A DNA stretch of 64,000 nt from Isosphaeraceae bacterium (GTDB taxonomy: Bacteria > Planctomycetota > Planctomycetia > Isosphaerales > Isosphaeraceae), in contig CBDAVP010000011.1 in NCBI GenBank assembly GCA_965201075.1, forward strand, positions 1-64,000. The letters are read 5' to 3'. Position numbers and translations under genes: made by a program. Below the pieces are notes generated by a model. It had not been told where the DNA came from. It did not search any database and saw nothing but the letters and a program-made list of their open reading frames with translations. Of the stretch, positions 18,230-29,756 are shown in pieces (the first letter of the stretch is position 1; each line of letters opens with the position of its first letter).

Positions 18230-19435
18230 TCAGGTGAAGTCAGGGATCGGCAACGTCTCGCCATCCTTCAACGCCGACTCGTGGGCGACAATCCCCGCCA
18301 CGGTCAGGTGCAGCGCGGCGGAGAGATCCACCAGGGGCTTGCGGGCTTCGAGGATCGCGTTGACGAACTCGTTCATCAGGTGCCCGTGGGAGCCTCCGTG
18401 GCCGCCGGGAATGACGGACGGGGGCAGGGGGGGAGGTTCGAGGTCCGGCAGCGGCTTGGCCTCGCCGACGTAGGTCGTCCCGGTCATCGAGCCTCTTCGC
18501 CCCCGGACGCGCCCAGTCTCCCCTTCCAGACCCGGAGTGTCCCAGCTTACGGCCATCCGCGCCATCCCCCCTTCGCTGGTTCGCAACAAGGCGATTTCGG
18601 TGCCGAAGGGGTTGCGATAGCGGTTGTTCTCCGGTCGAAGGTGTTCGATTGTCGAGGGCATGCCCAGGCAACTGACGTCGATGAACCGGCCGCCCGAGAC
18701 GCACACGTAATAGGCATTGGAATGGGTCGGATACCACTGAGGCGGCACCCCCACCCGCCAGTCGCGGAACGAGGGAATCGGTTGTGGGCAGTCGTGGTAA
18801 TACTCCCCCTCGCTGTAGACCAAGGGGCCGAAGCCGCCGGCCTGGTGGATGCGCCTCATCGCCAGGCAGTCCGGGCGGAAGGCCGAGGTCTCGAACAGCA
18901 TGTAGGTCAGCCCGGTCGACTTCACGGCCTCCCGCAATTTGTGGGCATCCTCGACCGAGCCGAACACCGCCGGCACCGCGCAGGCGACATGCTTGCCTTT
19001 CCGGAGCGCCTCGATCGCATGGGAGGCATGGCTCGGGGCATCGGTAGCCAGGAAGACGGCTTCCAGTGACGGATCCTGGACCATCTCCTCCAGCGACGGG
19101 TAGGTCGTCGTGCAACGGCAGGCCGAGGCCAGCGCGGCCCGACGGTCGGGCAACAGGTCGGTCACGGCGGCCACGTTGACGTTGGGATGGTCCTGGAACC
19201 CGAACGCCGCTCCGAACTGGCAGACTCCAAACCCGGCGATCCCCACCCGAATCTTTCGGTCCGAAACGGGCCGCCAGACCTTGGCCGGGCGGTCGGAGGT
19301 TTCCACCCCGGCATTGCCCAGCACCTTCGCGCCGGGTTTTTCGTCCGCTCGGGCGGCCTGCGAAGCGGCCAGGGCGGCGAGAGGGGCCAGCGCCGAGCCT
19401 TTCAGAAAGGATCGGCGGGTTGGGGAGGTCGCCAT
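18230..19435 (-). CDS. Tat-exported Gfo/Idh/MocA oxidoreductase
   Basis: TRRSFLK twin-arginine signal; IRVGIAGFG, ATDAPSH, GGHGGSH. Confidence 0.85.
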   Translation of the reverse strand: MATSPTRRSFLKGSALAPLAALAASQAARADEKPGAKVLGNAGVETSDRPAKVWRPVSDRKIRVGIAGFGVCQFGAAFGFQDHPNVNVAAVTDLLPDRRAALASACRCTTTYPSLEEMVQDPSLEAVFLATDAPSHASHAIEALRKGKHVACAVPAVFGSVEDAHKLREAVKSTGLTYMLFETSAFRPDCLAMRRIHQAGGFGPLVYSEGEYYHDCPQPIPSFRDWRVGVPPQWYPTHSNAYYVCVSGGRFIDVSCLGMPSTIEHLRPENNRYRNPFGTEIALLRTSEGGMARMAVSWDTPGLEGETGRVRGRRGSMTGTTYVGEAKPLPDLEPPPLPPSVIPGGHGGSHGHLMNEFVNAILEARKPLVDLSAALHLTVAGIVAHESALKDGETLPIPDFT

Positions 19436-19479
19436 GTGGATGCGCTCCGATTGGGATGAGGTTGAGATGCGCCGTTCGG

Positions 19480-20670
19480 TCACTTCGAGAGCTTCAGCAA
19501 ACTCCCCTGCCCGGGGGCGAGCCAACGCTCCTCCCCCTCGTAAGGTAGCAATCGGTCCGTATAGGGAGAGACGACTTCGAGCTTGGTCCAGGGCTTGCGT
19601 AATTGGGGCAGGCAGGGGGACGAAGCGGCGAAGTCGCGGTTGACGATCAGGACGTAGCGGGAGCCGTCGTGATGGGTGAAGTCGCCCACCAGCATTGGCC
19701 CGGCGATCGTCTCGACCAGGGAATGCTCATCGGGGCCCGAGCCGCCCGCGGGGACCCCTCCAAAATGGTAGACCCGGTCGGAGTGCAACTGCATCAGCGT
19801 CGGGCCGAGCCGCTCGACCTGGAGGTTGACCGAGCGCATCCGGCCATAGGTCTCGGTCTCATGGCCGAACTGGTCGACGGCGGAGTTGCGAAAGTTGCCC
19901 GTCGGCACCGAAACATAGGTGAAGTAGGCGATCCCCCGGGCCCCATAGGCCAGTGAGGTAAAGACCTGGAAGCGAAAGTCGCTTTCCGTCGGCACTCGAT
20001 AGTTCAGGAGCCCGGAGGCCAGGACGATGTTCCAGAAGGGCAGGTCGTGGGCCTGGGCCACCTTCCGCATCGTTTCCAGGTTGGCGAAGTAACGGTCGCC
20101 GAATCCGCCTCCTTCGTACAGGGCATAATGGTCGTAACTAAGCGCCGTCGGGTGGACGGTGGCGACGAATTTCTCCAGATACTCCTCATACGTCGGGGTG
20201 CCCCACTGGTCGACGGAGGCATAGTTGGGCAGCAGGTTGATATAGGGCCAGGCTCCGGGGTGAAGCTCGCGGATCAGCCCCGAGACCACTTCCAGGCCCG
20301 GGAAGGCGGCGGCCGAGGGCTCGTCGCTCAGCATGTAGCCGTGGCAGGCGGGATGTTTCCCGACCTGCGCCACCAGTTCGGCCAGTCGGGGACGGGCCGC
20401 GGCGGGGTCGACCGAGGTCCAGGTGTAGCCCGAGGCCCTGGGGTCGTGGACGATCGCCTTGAGACCGGCGGCCTCGCAGCGGTCAAGTTGTCCCGGAGTG
20501 GCGAACCCGGCGATCGTCACGCCGCAAGCCTTCATCCGCTTCAAGATCTCGGGAGACTCGGGCGTTGGCCCCCACGCCAGGATCGGGAACACGTCGTCGC
20601 CGGCGCGGGTGAAGTTGCCCATCGAGAGTCCGGCGAACGCGGCCAGGCCAATCAGGAGATGTCGAGTCAT
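19480..20670 (-). CDS. secreted glycoside-hydrolase-like protein
   Basis: signal peptide; GYMLSDEP, LSYDHY, SLAYGARGIAYF resemble clan GH-A/GH42-like barrels; family uncertain. Confidence 0.6.
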   Translation of the reverse strand: MTRHLLIGLAAFAGLSMGNFTRAGDDVFPILAWGPTPESPEILKRMKACGVTIAGFATPGQLDRCEAAGLKAIVHDPRASGYTWTSVDPAAARPRLAELVAQVGKHPACHGYMLSDEPSAAAFPGLEVVSGLIRELHPGAWPYINLLPNYASVDQWGTPTYEEYLEKFVATVHPTALSYDHYALYEGGGFGDRYFANLETMRKVAQAHDLPFWNIVLASGLLNYRVPTESDFRFQVFTSLAYGARGIAYFTYVSVPTGNFRNSAVDQFGHETETYGRMRSVNLQVERLGPTLMQLHSDRVYHFGGVPAGGSGPDEHSLVETIAGPMLVGDFTHHDGSRYVLIVNRDFAASSPCLPQLRKPWTKLEVVSPYTDRLLPYEGEERWLAPGQGSLLKLSK

Positions 20671-20913
20671 CGTTGGCCGCTCGTGGGGGTCTTCTTCCGC
20701 CCCCGACGGCGCAACGCGCCATCATGACCAGGGCCAGGCCGATCCCGGGCGATCGTAGCGCGCCCCGCCGCCCGCCGCCACCGTCCAACCTTCCAAGCTT
20801 CCGGCGGCTGGACGCTGACCGTTGGGGGCGGTTAGAACAGGACCATCCCGCCCGCCCGCTCTCCCGCCCGGCCGGCCCCACGGACTCGCCCCAGGCTTCG
20901 GAGCCAACCACCC

Positions 20914-23745
20914 ATGCTTCGCAACTCCCGGCTCGCCCTGACACTGACTCTCGTGATGTTGGCGAGGATCGCCCCCATCGCCCGAGCCGACGAGCCTCGC
21001 ATCCCGCAGGTCCCGCAGCTCAAGGTTGAGAAATACACCTTGCCCAACGGCCTGGAAGTCCTCCTCCACGAGGACCACACCACGCCGGTCGTCGGCGTGA
21101 ACCTTTGGTACAAGGTTGGCTCGCAGGATGAGAAGACCGGCAAGACCGGCTTCGCTCACCTCTTCGAGCACCTGATGTTCCAGGGCTCGAAGCATCACGA
21201 CGACGAATACTTCGGGCCTCTTGAGAAACTGGGCGCCCAGATCAACGGCACGACCAACGAGGACCGCACCAACTACTTCGAGGTCGTGCCCAGCAACGCC
21301 CTGGAAATCGCCCTCTGGCTCGAATCCGACCGCATGGGCTTCCTCCTGCCGGCCCTGACGCAAGGCAAACTCGACAACCAGCGAGACGTCGTCAAGAACG
21401 AGCGTCGTCAGCGGGTCGACAATCAGCCGTATGGCCAGGCCGATGAGACGATCGAGCGGGCCCTTTACCCCGAGGGTCATCCCTACCACCACAGCGTCAT
21501 CGGATCGATGGCGGATCTCTCGGCCGCGACCCTCGGCGACGTTTCCGAATTCTTCCGGGCCTATTACGCCCCTAGCAACGCCAGCCTCTGCATTGCTGGT
21601 GACTTCGACGCGGCGAAAACCAAGGAACTGGTCGCCAAGTACTTCGGCGAGTTCCCCAAGGGTCCCGAGGTCCAGCGCCCCACCCCCTCGGTCCCCAGGC
21701 TCGACGGCCCGAAGCATCTCAAGATGACCGACGCGGTGAAGCTGCCCCGTGTCCAGCTGGTCTGGCCGACGGTTCCCACCGGCGACCCCGACGAGCCGGC
21801 TCTTGATGTGCTGGCCTCGGTCCTGGGCGGACTGGCCAAGGAAAATCGTCTCTACCGCGACCTGATCTACCGCAAGCCGGTCGCCGCGTCGGTTTCGGCC
21901 CGGCACCCGACCTCCCGCCTGTCGGGAACCTTCGAGGTCAGCATCACCTCCCAGCCGACCGAGTCGCTGGATGACCTGGTCAAGCGAGCCGACGCCGAGA
22001 TTGCCCGGCTCCAGGACGAAGGGCCGCGCGAGGACGAGGTGATGAAGTCGCAGAACGGCCAGGAAAGTGGACTGGTCGTCGGCTTGCAGGCGGTGGGCAC
22101 CCGGGCCAACTTCCTGAACCAGAACAACGTCACCCACGGCGACCCGATGGCTTACAAGGCCGAGGTCGCCCGGCTGTTCGCCGTCACCCCCGCCGACGTG
22201 AAGCGGGTGGCCGCGAAGTATCTGACAGCCGACCGCGTCCGGCTGGACATCACCCCCGGCGCTCCGACCCCTCGCCCGGCCGAGACCGCCGAGGCCGCCC
22301 CCCACGTCGAGGCCGCCGACACCGCCGCCAAGTTCGCCGAGTCGTTCGACCGCACCGTCGAGCCGAAGCTTGGCCCGACCCCCCGATTCACCCCGCCGCC
22401 GGTCGTCCGCCGCAAGCTGGCCAATGGCCTGGAAGTGCTGGTCGCCGAACGCCACGAGCTGCCGATCGTCACCCTGAACCTCGTGCTCAAAGGGGGCGAA
22501 ACCGTCGTCCCCGCCGGCAAGGAGGGCCTCGCCTCGCTGACCGCCGCGCTGTTGACCGAGGGGACTGCCTCCCGAGACGCCCTGCAACTGGCCGGGGCCC
22601 TGGCCGAAATCGGCGCCTCGGTCAACGCCCGGGGTGACCTGGAAGAAACAACCCTTTCGCTGACGACCCTGTCCAAGCACCTGGGCACGGCACTCGACCT
22701 CTACAGCGACGTGCTGCTGCACCCAGCGTTTCCCGAATCGGCCCTGGAGCGGCTGCGGTCTCGGCGGCTGGCCCAGATCCTTTCCAGATCGGCCAATCCG
22801 GCGGGCGTCGCGGGCGTGGTCTTCCCCCGATTGCTGTACGGCGCCGAGCATCCTTACGGACGGCCCGACCTGGGGACGCCGCAATCGGTCAAGAGTTTGA
22901 CGCCCGAGGATGCCCGCGGCCTCTACGCGAAGCTGTTCCACCCCAACAACGCGGCGATGATCGTGGTGGGCGATATTACCCCCGACGCGGCCGTCAAGGC
23001 ACTCGACGCCGTGCTGGCCGACTGGTCGCCGGGCCCGCCGGTCGCCTCCGAGTTGCCCGAGCCCCCCGCGTCGAAGGCGGTGAGCGTCTACCTGGTCGAC
23101 AAGCCGGCCGCGGCGCAGTCGATCCTGGCGATCGGACAGGTCGGCCAGCCCCGAGGGACGCCCGATTACTTCCCGATCTCGGTGATGAACGCCATCCTCG
23201 GCGGCCAGTTCTCCAGCCGGATCAACCTGAACCTTCGAGAGCAGCACGGCTACACCTACGGAGCGCGCTCGGGGTTCGACTTCCGTCAAGGGCCCGGCCC
23301 GTTCGAGGCCGGAGGCGCTGTGAGAACCGAGGTCACTCGCGAGGCCCTGGTGGAACTGGTCAAGGAGCTGACCGACATCGCCGGACCTCGCCCGGCCACC
23401 CCCACCGAACTCGCCTTCGCCAAGGATCGCCTCGTCAAAGGGTTCCCCTCAAGGTTCGAGACCACCTTCGGCGTGGCCGGAGCGCTGGCCGAACTGGTGG
23501 TCTACCACCTGCCGGATGACTACTTCGCCACCTACCAGGCGGCCATTGAGGGGGTCACTTCGGCCGACGTCGACCGCGTGGCGAAGAAGTACATCGACCC
23601 CGGCCACATGGTCGTCCTGATCGTCGGCGACCGATCCAAGGTCGAGCCGACCCTGAAAGCCCTACCCTATGCCCAGGTCATCAACGTGCTGGACACCGAG
23701 GGGAACGCCCTGCCGACCCCGGCGGCGGCGGCTGGCGGGAATTGA
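20914..23745 (+). CDS. M16 (pitrilysin/PqqL-like) zinc peptidase, exported
   Basis: [11 protein letters not shown] (HxxEH), NGTT, ESDRM, duplicated inactive half, signal peptide. Confidence 0.93.
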   Translation: MLRNSRLALTLTLVMLARIAPIARADEPRIPQVPQLKVEKYTLPNGLEVLLHEDHTTPVVGVNLWYKVGSQDEKTGKTGFAHLFEHLMFQGSKHHDDEYFGPLEKLGAQINGTTNEDRTNYFEVVPSNALEIALWLESDRMGFLLPALTQGKLDNQRDVVKNERRQRVDNQPYGQADETIERALYPEGHPYHHSVIGSMADLSAATLGDVSEFFRAYYAPSNASLCIAGDFDAAKTKELVAKYFGEFPKGPEVQRPTPSVPRLDGPKHLKMTDAVKLPRVQLVWPTVPTGDPDEPALDVLASVLGGLAKENRLYRDLIYRKPVAASVSARHPTSRLSGTFEVSITSQPTESLDDLVKRADAEIARLQDEGPREDEVMKSQNGQESGLVVGLQAVGTRANFLNQNNVTHGDPMAYKAEVARLFAVTPADVKRVAAKYLTADRVRLDITPGAPTPRPAETAEAAPHVEAADTAAKFAESFDRTVEPKLGPTPRFTPPPVVRRKLANGLEVLVAERHELPIVTLNLVLKGGETVVPAGKEGLASLTAALLTEGTASRDALQLAGALAEIGASVNARGDLEETTLSLTTLSKHLGTALDLYSDVLLHPAFPESALERLRSRRLAQILSRSANPAGVAGVVFPRLLYGAEHPYGRPDLGTPQSVKSLTPEDARGLYAKLFHPNNAAMIVVGDITPDAAVKALDAVLADWSPGPPVASELPEPPASKAVSVYLVDKPAAAQSILAIGQVGQPRGTPDYFPISVMNAILGGQFSSRINLNLREQHGYTYGARSGFDFRQGPGPFEAGGAVRTEVTREALVELVKELTDIAGPRPATPTELAFAKDRLVKGFPSRFETTFGVAGALAELVVYHLPDDYFATYQAAIEGVTSADVDRVAKKYIDPGHMVVLIVGDRSKVEPTLKALPYAQVINVLDTEGNALPTPAAAAGGN

Positions 23746-23749
23746 GCCG

Positions 23750-24817
23750 GTGATCCGCGACGGGCGACCCGACGAGGAGGGCCGGTGGTTCCACCCGGAG
23801 CGACCGGCCCTCGCCCCTCGTCGCGCATTCACTTTGATTGAGCTTTTGGTTGTCATCGCCATCATCGGCGTTCTGGTCGGACTGCTCTTGCCGGCGGTGC
23901 AATCCGCTCGCGAGGCGGCTCGACGTGCCCAGTGCGTCAACCACCTCAAGCAGATCGGCCTGGCGCTGCACAACTACCAGGCGTCGGTGGGCCAATTCCC
24001 GGTCGGCTTCCCCTACCCAAGTGGTCCGGTGCCGGCCGAAACCTCGGTGTCGCAGTACCGATGGTCGGCCCTCGCCCAGATGACCCCGTTTTTGGAACAA
24101 GCAAGCCTCGCCCACGCCCTGAACTTTGACCTGCCGATCGCCTACCGACCAACCGGGGGCGTGAGTTCCCCCTTCTGGCCCTATTACCCTGCCAACGCCA
24201 CGGCGATGGGGACGAAGGTCGAAACCTTCCTCTGCCCAAGCGACGGCGCCGACCCTCCAGCCGACGACTCCGGCCCGGTCAATTACGCCTTTTGCTCCGG
24301 CAGCGGGATCAACGGCGGCGAGGCGACCGGCGCCGACGGCCCCTTCATCCTCGGCCGATCCCTGGGCCTTGCCGACATGGTCGACGGCACCAGCGCCACT
24401 GCGTTTGTCGCGGAAAGCCTACTGGGGATCGCCGGCCCTTACTCACAGACATCCCCCACGCCAAGGCCCGGCCACCCCGAACGCGCCTTCGCCCGGGTGA
24501 CCACCCCGCCCTTGACCGACGCGGCCTGCGCCAACGCCCCCAACGGTTGGCTGTTCAACAAAGGGGCGGGCTGGTGGGACGGCAATTACCTGAACACCCT
24601 CTATAACCATCACCTTCCGCCCAATTCCCCGAACTACGACTGTATCACGTTTCACAACCCGGGCTGGAAGGCCGCGCGCAGCCGCCACCCAGGTGGCGTG
24701 AACCTCCTGTTCGGCGACGGTCACGTCCAGTTCCTGAGAGACGCAATCGCCCCAGCCACCTGGCGAGCCCTGGGGACCCGATCCGGCGGCGAGGTCATCG
24801 ATCAGGCGTCGTACTGA
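23750..24817 (+). CDS. DUF1559 prepilin-type N-terminal / H-X9-DG protein
   Basis: [34 protein letters not shown] and [16 protein letters not shown]; start uncertain. Confidence 0.92.
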   Translation: MIRDGRPDEEGRWFHPERPALAPRRAFTLIELLVVIAIIGVLVGLLLPAVQSAREAARRAQCVNHLKQIGLALHNYQASVGQFPVGFPYPSGPVPAETSVSQYRWSALAQMTPFLEQASLAHALNFDLPIAYRPTGGVSSPFWPYYPANATAMGTKVETFLCPSDGADPPADDSGPVNYAFCSGSGINGGEATGADGPFILGRSLGLADMVDGTSATAFVAESLLGIAGPYSQTSPTPRPGHPERAFARVTTPPLTDAACANAPNGWLFNKGAGWWDGNYLNTLYNHHLPPNSPNYDCITFHNPGWKAARSRHPGGVNLLFGDGHVQFLRDAIAPATWRALGTRSGGEVIDQASY

Positions 24818-24840
24818 CCCGAGACTGGGCGAAGGGGGCG

Positions 24841-26415
24841 TTAATGGATTGCCAGGAACACGATGTTGCTGACAACCGACAGCGCCAGCAGGATGCCCAG
24901 CCCGGCGATGATCGAGTTGCGGCCGTTGACGTACCCGGCCAGCTCGACCAGTTGTGCCTCGGAGGCCGAGCCCACACTAGATTCGTCGGCTTCGGTCGCG
25001 TCCCCCTTACCGAGTTGCGAGAGGGTTTCAGCCTTTTGCTCGGCCAGCAAAGGTCGCTCGCCGGCTTGAAGGCACTTCAGGTCCAGTATCAGGTCGTCGG
25101 GGTTGCGATAGCGGTTCTCGCGGTTCTTGGCCATCATCGTCTCGACCACTTCGCCCAGGCCGCTGGAAAGCGCGGGGTTGATGTGGTCGGGCGGGGCGAA
25201 CGCGGCGTCCTTCGAGACGTGCAGCCTCATGACCTCGGCTGGGGTCGTCCCTTCGTAGGGGACTCGGCCGGTAATCATGTGGTAGAGGGTCGCCCCCAGG
25301 CTGTAAATGTCAGCGCGGATGTCGACGTCGACCTGGCCGCGAACCTGCTCGGGGCTGATGTAGTACGGCGTGCCGATCGCCATGCCGGCCTCGGCCATCG
25401 CCCAGTTGCCGTCGTCGGTCGGCCGAGCCAGGCCCAGATCGGCCAGTTTCACCCCACCCTCGCCGGTCAGGATGATATTCTCGGGCTTGATGTCTCGGTG
25501 GATCAACCCTCGCTGGTGGGCGTGTTTCAACGCCTCGGCGATGGCCAGAATGATCCGTAGCGCTTCCTTCTCGTCGTAGACGTTTCCCTTGTCGAGCTCG
25601 TCCTTGATCGTCAACCCTTCGACGAACTCCATGACGAAGAAGTGGCGGCCGTCGACTTCACCGGCGTCGATCGCGTTGACGATGTTGTTGTGGGAGAGCT
25701 TGGCGGCGATCTTGGCCTCGCGCTCGAACCGCTTGATGAACTCGCGATTCTGGGCCAGGGCGTCGAGCAAGACCTTGATGGCGACGATGCGGTCGACGCT
25801 GGTTTGTCGCGCCTTGTAGACCATCCCCATCGACCCCTTGCCGATTTTCTCCAGGATCTGATACCCGGGGAAGTTCAGCTTGCCGTGGGCGTCGTTGGAA
25901 AGCTCCTTGACCAGCCGCTGGGCCTGACCCAGGGTCAGCAATTGGTTGCGCACCAGTATTTGCAGCAGCCCCACCATCTTATCCTGGGCAGCGAGCTTGT
26001 TGCGTAGTCCCTTGGCCGCCTCGACCTCCTGGAGGGTGGCCAGGTTGCGCCTCAGGACCAGACGCTCCAACTGCGACTCGCTGGCGGCGGACATGCCGCG
26101 CAGGTCGGCCAGGTTGCTTTCGCCGGGCCGGGGCGTCGACGTCGAGGCCGACGACGTGGCTCCGGGGACTTTCATGGTGGGCGGACTTCCGGCGGCCGCG
26201 GGGCCTCGGTTGGGGCCGGGGCCGGGGCCGGCGGAGGAGGGCCGGGTGGGGGCGTGGGTCAACTCGGCGGGAGAGGGGCCATTAGTGGTGGAATCGGCCG
26301 AGGGCAGGGGGCTTCGCGAGGCGCCGGGTATCGGCCCGCTGGCGCTAGCCGTGGCGGCGCCAGTGGAGGGGCCTCGGTCGCGGGCCGGCGGGTTGCTCTC
26401 GGTCGATGTGGCCAT
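24841..26415 (-). CDS. Hanks-type Ser/Thr protein kinase with C-terminal TM helix
   Basis: GKGSMG, VAIK, HRDIKPEN, DLGLA, GTPYYISPEQ; Pro/Ser-rich N-terminus; start uncertain. Confidence 0.9.
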   Translation of the reverse strand: MATSTESNPPARDRGPSTGAATASASGPIPGASRSPLPSADSTTNGPSPAELTHAPTRPSSAGPGPGPNRGPAAAGSPPTMKVPGATSSASTSTPRPGESNLADLRGMSAASESQLERLVLRRNLATLQEVEAAKGLRNKLAAQDKMVGLLQILVRNQLLTLGQAQRLVKELSNDAHGKLNFPGYQILEKIGKGSMGMVYKARQTSVDRIVAIKVLLDALAQNREFIKRFEREAKIAAKLSHNNIVNAIDAGEVDGRHFFVMEFVEGLTIKDELDKGNVYDEKEALRIILAIAEALKHAHQRGLIHRDIKPENIILTGEGGVKLADLGLARPTDDGNWAMAEAGMAIGTPYYISPEQVRGQVDVDIRADIYSLGATLYHMITGRVPYEGTTPAEVMRLHVSKDAAFAPPDHINPALSSGLGEVVETMMAKNRENRYRNPDDLILDLKCLQAGERPLLAEQKAETLSQLGKGDATEADESSVGSASEAQLVELAGYVNGRNSIIAGLGILLALSVVSNIVFLAIH

Positions 26416-26820
26416 GCGTGCGGCCTCTCCCCTGTTGCCAGAACGGGCGGGATGACGGCGGCGGTCTGAAAACGACCCGACGGTTGAGAGAGGTATCGGC
26501 AGCGGCGTTCGGCGAGGTGACAGGAGCCGAAGGGGGCCGGCAATCCGAGTGAGAACCTCGGCTTGCTGCCCCCTTCCAGTAAATATGAGATTTGGGTGCG
26601 GTTTGTCAATGAACAAAACCGGCCGTAACCCCAACGGGCGATCCCCCCATGACGGCCCCGTTCCGAGGCTTGTGGCCACGGGAACCCGTTGCTACCATGG
26701 ATTTCGCGCCCCCCTCGGGACCCGCCGGGCGGGACCGACCCGCGTGGCCTTCGCGAAACATCGCCGCCCCGGGTCCGGCGAATTCGCAACACCAGACATC
26801 GGACAGCGGCGGAGGCGGAA

Positions 26821-27927
26821 TTGCCCACCATCGGAGTGATCGCGGGGGACGGGGTCGGGCCCGAGGTCATCACGCAGGCCCTGGCGGTGCTGGAGGCCGT
26901 CGCCGGTCAGGCCGGCCGTCCCGAGGTCGTCCCCTTCGACCTGGGAGGCGAACGTTTCCTCCGCACGGGCGAGGTCCTGCCCGAATCCGCCATCGCCGAC
27001 CTGCGTCGCTGCGACGCGATCTTGCTGGGAGCGGTGGGTGACCCCCGCGTCGCCCCCGGCATCCTCGAAAAGGGGCTGCTGCTGAAGCTCCGGTTCGACT
27101 TCCACCAGTACGTCAACCTACGTCCGGTCCGCCTCTACCCCGGTGTCAACACGCCCATCAAGGGGAAGGGGCCCGACGACATCGACATGGTGGTCGTCCG
27201 CGAGAACAACGAGGACCTCTACGTCGGCGCCGGGGGGTTCACCCGCAAGGGGACGCCCGAGGAGGTCGCGATTCAGACCTCGATCAACACCCGAGCCGGG
27301 GTCGAGCGCTGCCTACGCTTCGCCTTTGAACTGGCGACCACCCGGTCGAAGTCTCGACCCTTTCGCGGCCTTGCCCCGGCCGACCTTGACCGCGGCTTCG
27401 TCGGCCGTGTGACGATGGTGGCCAAGACCAACGTCCTGACCTTCGCTCACGACCTTTGGCAACGCGCCTTCGACGAGGTCGCTCGCGACTACCCCCAAAT
27501 CCAGCCCGACTACCAGCACGTCGACGCCTGCTGCATGAGGATGGTCGTCGACCCCGGCCGGTTCGACGTCATCGCCACCACCAACATGTTTGGCGACATC
27601 ATCACCGACCTGGGGGCCGTCCTCCAGGGGGGAATGGGCCTGGCCGCCTCGGGCAACCTGAACCCGTTGAAAACCGCCCCCAGCATGTTCGAGCCCGTCC
27701 ACGGATCGGCCCCCGACATCGCCGGCAAGGGGGTGGCCAACCCCATCGCGGCGATCTTCTCGGTGGCCATGCTGCTGGAGCACCTGGGCCAATCCGCGCC
27801 AGCCGAGACCGTCCGCCGAGCCGTGGCCAAGGTCCTCGCCGCCCCTGGGCCCAAAACCCCCGACCTTGGCGGCGACGCCTCCACCGCCACCGTCGGCCGA
27901 GCGGTCCTCGACGCCCTGGGAGCCTAG
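26821..27927 (+). CDS. leuB: 3-isopropylmalate dehydrogenase
   Basis: GDGVGPEV, ILLGAVG, VNLRP, VVRENNE, NMFGDIITD, EPVHGSAPDIAG; GGAGG then TTG start. Confidence 0.85.
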   Translation: MPTIGVIAGDGVGPEVITQALAVLEAVAGQAGRPEVVPFDLGGERFLRTGEVLPESAIADLRRCDAILLGAVGDPRVAPGILEKGLLLKLRFDFHQYVNLRPVRLYPGVNTPIKGKGPDDIDMVVVRENNEDLYVGAGGFTRKGTPEEVAIQTSINTRAGVERCLRFAFELATTRSKSRPFRGLAPADLDRGFVGRVTMVAKTNVLTFAHDLWQRAFDEVARDYPQIQPDYQHVDACCMRMVVDPGRFDVIATTNMFGDIITDLGAVLQGGMGLAASGNLNPLKTAPSMFEPVHGSAPDIAGKGVANPIAAIFSVAMLLEHLGQSAPAETVRRAVAKVLAAPGPKTPDLGGDASTATVGRAVLDALGA

Positions 27928-28061
27928 TCGACGAAGTTGGCGACGGGTGGAAGATTTCGGACTCGGGAGCGTGGTATCGTTAGTCAGTCCAGATCGGTCG
28001 GTCGGGAGGTGAGTCGGGTTCTGCGTCCGCCGCGGTGTGATCTCCCCCGGGAGGGTCGCCG

Positions 28062-28700
28062 ATGGGTCTCGCAGCCGGTCCCTGTCAGTCGCTCGACGCC
28101 AGCGTCCTGGCCCTGAACAAACTGTTCATGCCAGTCCAGGTCATCGGCGCCCGTCGGGCGTTCCGATTGCTGTACAAGGAACTGGCCGAGGTCGTCACCC
28201 TCGAAGGCGGCCACTACCTCACTTACGACTTTCCCGCGTGGCTGCAAGACTCCGAGGCCCGCCCCGTCGACGCCGAGGCCGACGAGGAGTTCGTCCGCGC
28301 CGTTCGGTTCATCATCCGCGTGCCCCGGATCGTCCGCCTGCTCGACTACGACCGTCTGCCCCGCCCCAAGGTCAAGTTCAACCGCCGCAACATCATGGCC
28401 CGCGACGGCCACTGCTGCCAGTATTGCGGCCGTCGCTTCCACGCCGAAAAGCTTAGCCTCGACCACGTCACCCCCCGCTGCCGGGGAGGCCGAACGACCT
28501 GGGAGAACATCGTCACCGCCTGCCTGCCCTGCAACGTCCGCAAGGGGGGGCGTAACCCCCGGGAGGCCAGCATGCGCCTCCTTCGAGACCCCGTCCGTCC
28601 CAAGACAAGCCCCGGCCTCGCCCCCAAGCTGGAACACCGCAAGTATCAAAGCTGGAAAGTCTTCCTCGACCACGCCTCCTGGCCGGTCGAGCACGCCTGA
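28062..28700 (+). CDS. HNH endonuclease (McrA-like)
   Basis: VLALN, RRNIMARDG, CQYC, DHVTP...GG, NIVTACLPCNVRKG. Confidence 0.9.
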   Translation: MGLAAGPCQSLDASVLALNKLFMPVQVIGARRAFRLLYKELAEVVTLEGGHYLTYDFPAWLQDSEARPVDAEADEEFVRAVRFIIRVPRIVRLLDYDRLPRPKVKFNRRNIMARDGHCCQYCGRRFHAEKLSLDHVTPRCRGGRTTWENIVTACLPCNVRKGGRNPREASMRLLRDPVRPKTSPGLAPKLEHRKYQSWKVFLDHASWPVEHA

Positions 28701-28798
28701 GTCGCCCGCCTCCAACGCGGCACTGGTCTCGAACAGGGGCTTTGAGGCATACTCATGCCTCGTCGGACCTCCCTCTCGCGGCCTCGGATGCGTTGTTC

Positions 28799-29659
28799 AT
28801 GTCCCAGCCCTTGACCGTGCGGACCCTGATGGGGGTCGGCAGTTTTGAGTCGTCGGTGACCTGCCTGCGGTCGGTTGTGAACGGCTCTCAAGAGCCCTTG
28901 CGCCTGATCGTCCACGAGGACGGTACGCTGACGCCCGGGCATCGCGACCGCCTCCGGGCCGAGGTCGACCCCCACCTGGAATTCGTCCTTCGCGACGATG
29001 CCGACGAGGCGGTGGTCCCCCTCCTGGCCAGGTACCCCTCCTGCCTCGACTACCGCCAAAGGGCCCCCCTGGCGTTGAAGCTGTTCGACACGGTCCTGCT
29101 CAATGACGGCCCACTCGTCTTCGTCGACAGCGACATCTTCTTCCGCAAGACCGTCGCCGGCCTGTTCGACCCGGCCCGCGTTGGCCGCCCGACGTTCATG
29201 GACAACGGCACCCACTCTTACGCAATCCGGCCCTGGCGAGCCTGGCCGGCCGACCCGATGCGCCTGGCCGGTCGAATCAACTCCGGCCTGATCGTTGGAT
29301 GGACCGCGAGCATCGACCTCGACTTCGCCGAATGGGTCCTGAACCGCCTGGCCCGCGACGTGGTTTTTCGCACCCGGCCCTACTGGGTCGAGCAAACCTG
29401 CTGGGCGGCCCTGGCCGGCCGGACCGAGACCCGCCTGTTCGACCCCCGCCAGGTGGCCATGGCCACGGCCACCATGAGCGAAGTGACCCCCGAGGCGGTG
29501 GCCATCCACTTCGTCTCAACGTTCCGCGGCTCCCTGGCGAACTACCAGGACCAGACGCCCCAGCCCGGCAACCCCGCCGTCGCGGTCCGCACGATCCCCA
29601 ATCGCCGCGTCGCCGCCTGGGACCTGTTCTGGAGCGACCTGCGACGGCCGCGCCGCTGA
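28799..29659 (+). CDS. putative GT-A fold glycosyltransferase-like protein
   Basis: IVHEDGT, KLFD, FVDSDIFF (DxD), INSGL, EQT, AIHF resemble GT8-like motifs. Confidence 0.6.
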   Translation: MSQPLTVRTLMGVGSFESSVTCLRSVVNGSQEPLRLIVHEDGTLTPGHRDRLRAEVDPHLEFVLRDDADEAVVPLLARYPSCLDYRQRAPLALKLFDTVLLNDGPLVFVDSDIFFRKTVAGLFDPARVGRPTFMDNGTHSYAIRPWRAWPADPMRLAGRINSGLIVGWTASIDLDFAEWVLNRLARDVVFRTRPYWVEQTCWAALAGRTETRLFDPRQVAMATATMSEVTPEAVAIHFVSTFRGSLANYQDQTPQPGNPAVAVRTIPNRRVAAWDLFWSDLRRPRR

Positions 29660-29688
29660 CGATCAGCGTCGGCCCTGCCCAACGCTAA

Positions 29689-29714
29689 CGACCCCGGCGG
29701 GCGGGCCGGGGTCG
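29689..29714. terminator. 10-bp hairpin between convergent genes (possible bidirectional terminator)
   Basis: CGACCCCGGC-6nt-GCCGGGGTCG. Confidence 0.55.
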
Positions 29715-29756
29715 CGTCTGGCGATCGTCTTAAAGGCGGGGCCGGACTCGCTCAGT

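Noticed and set aside
20722..23289. 855-aa minus-strand ORF and similar long antisense ORFs (e.g. 32212-33975, 34024-35859, 41736-43238, 49655-51286, 56826-58031)
   Set aside because: Shadow frames of well-supported genes, expected in high-GC DNA; no motifs
28062..28700. HNH gene as a mobile element or defence island
   Set aside because: Stand-alone gene with no flanking repeats, methylase, intron or integrase context
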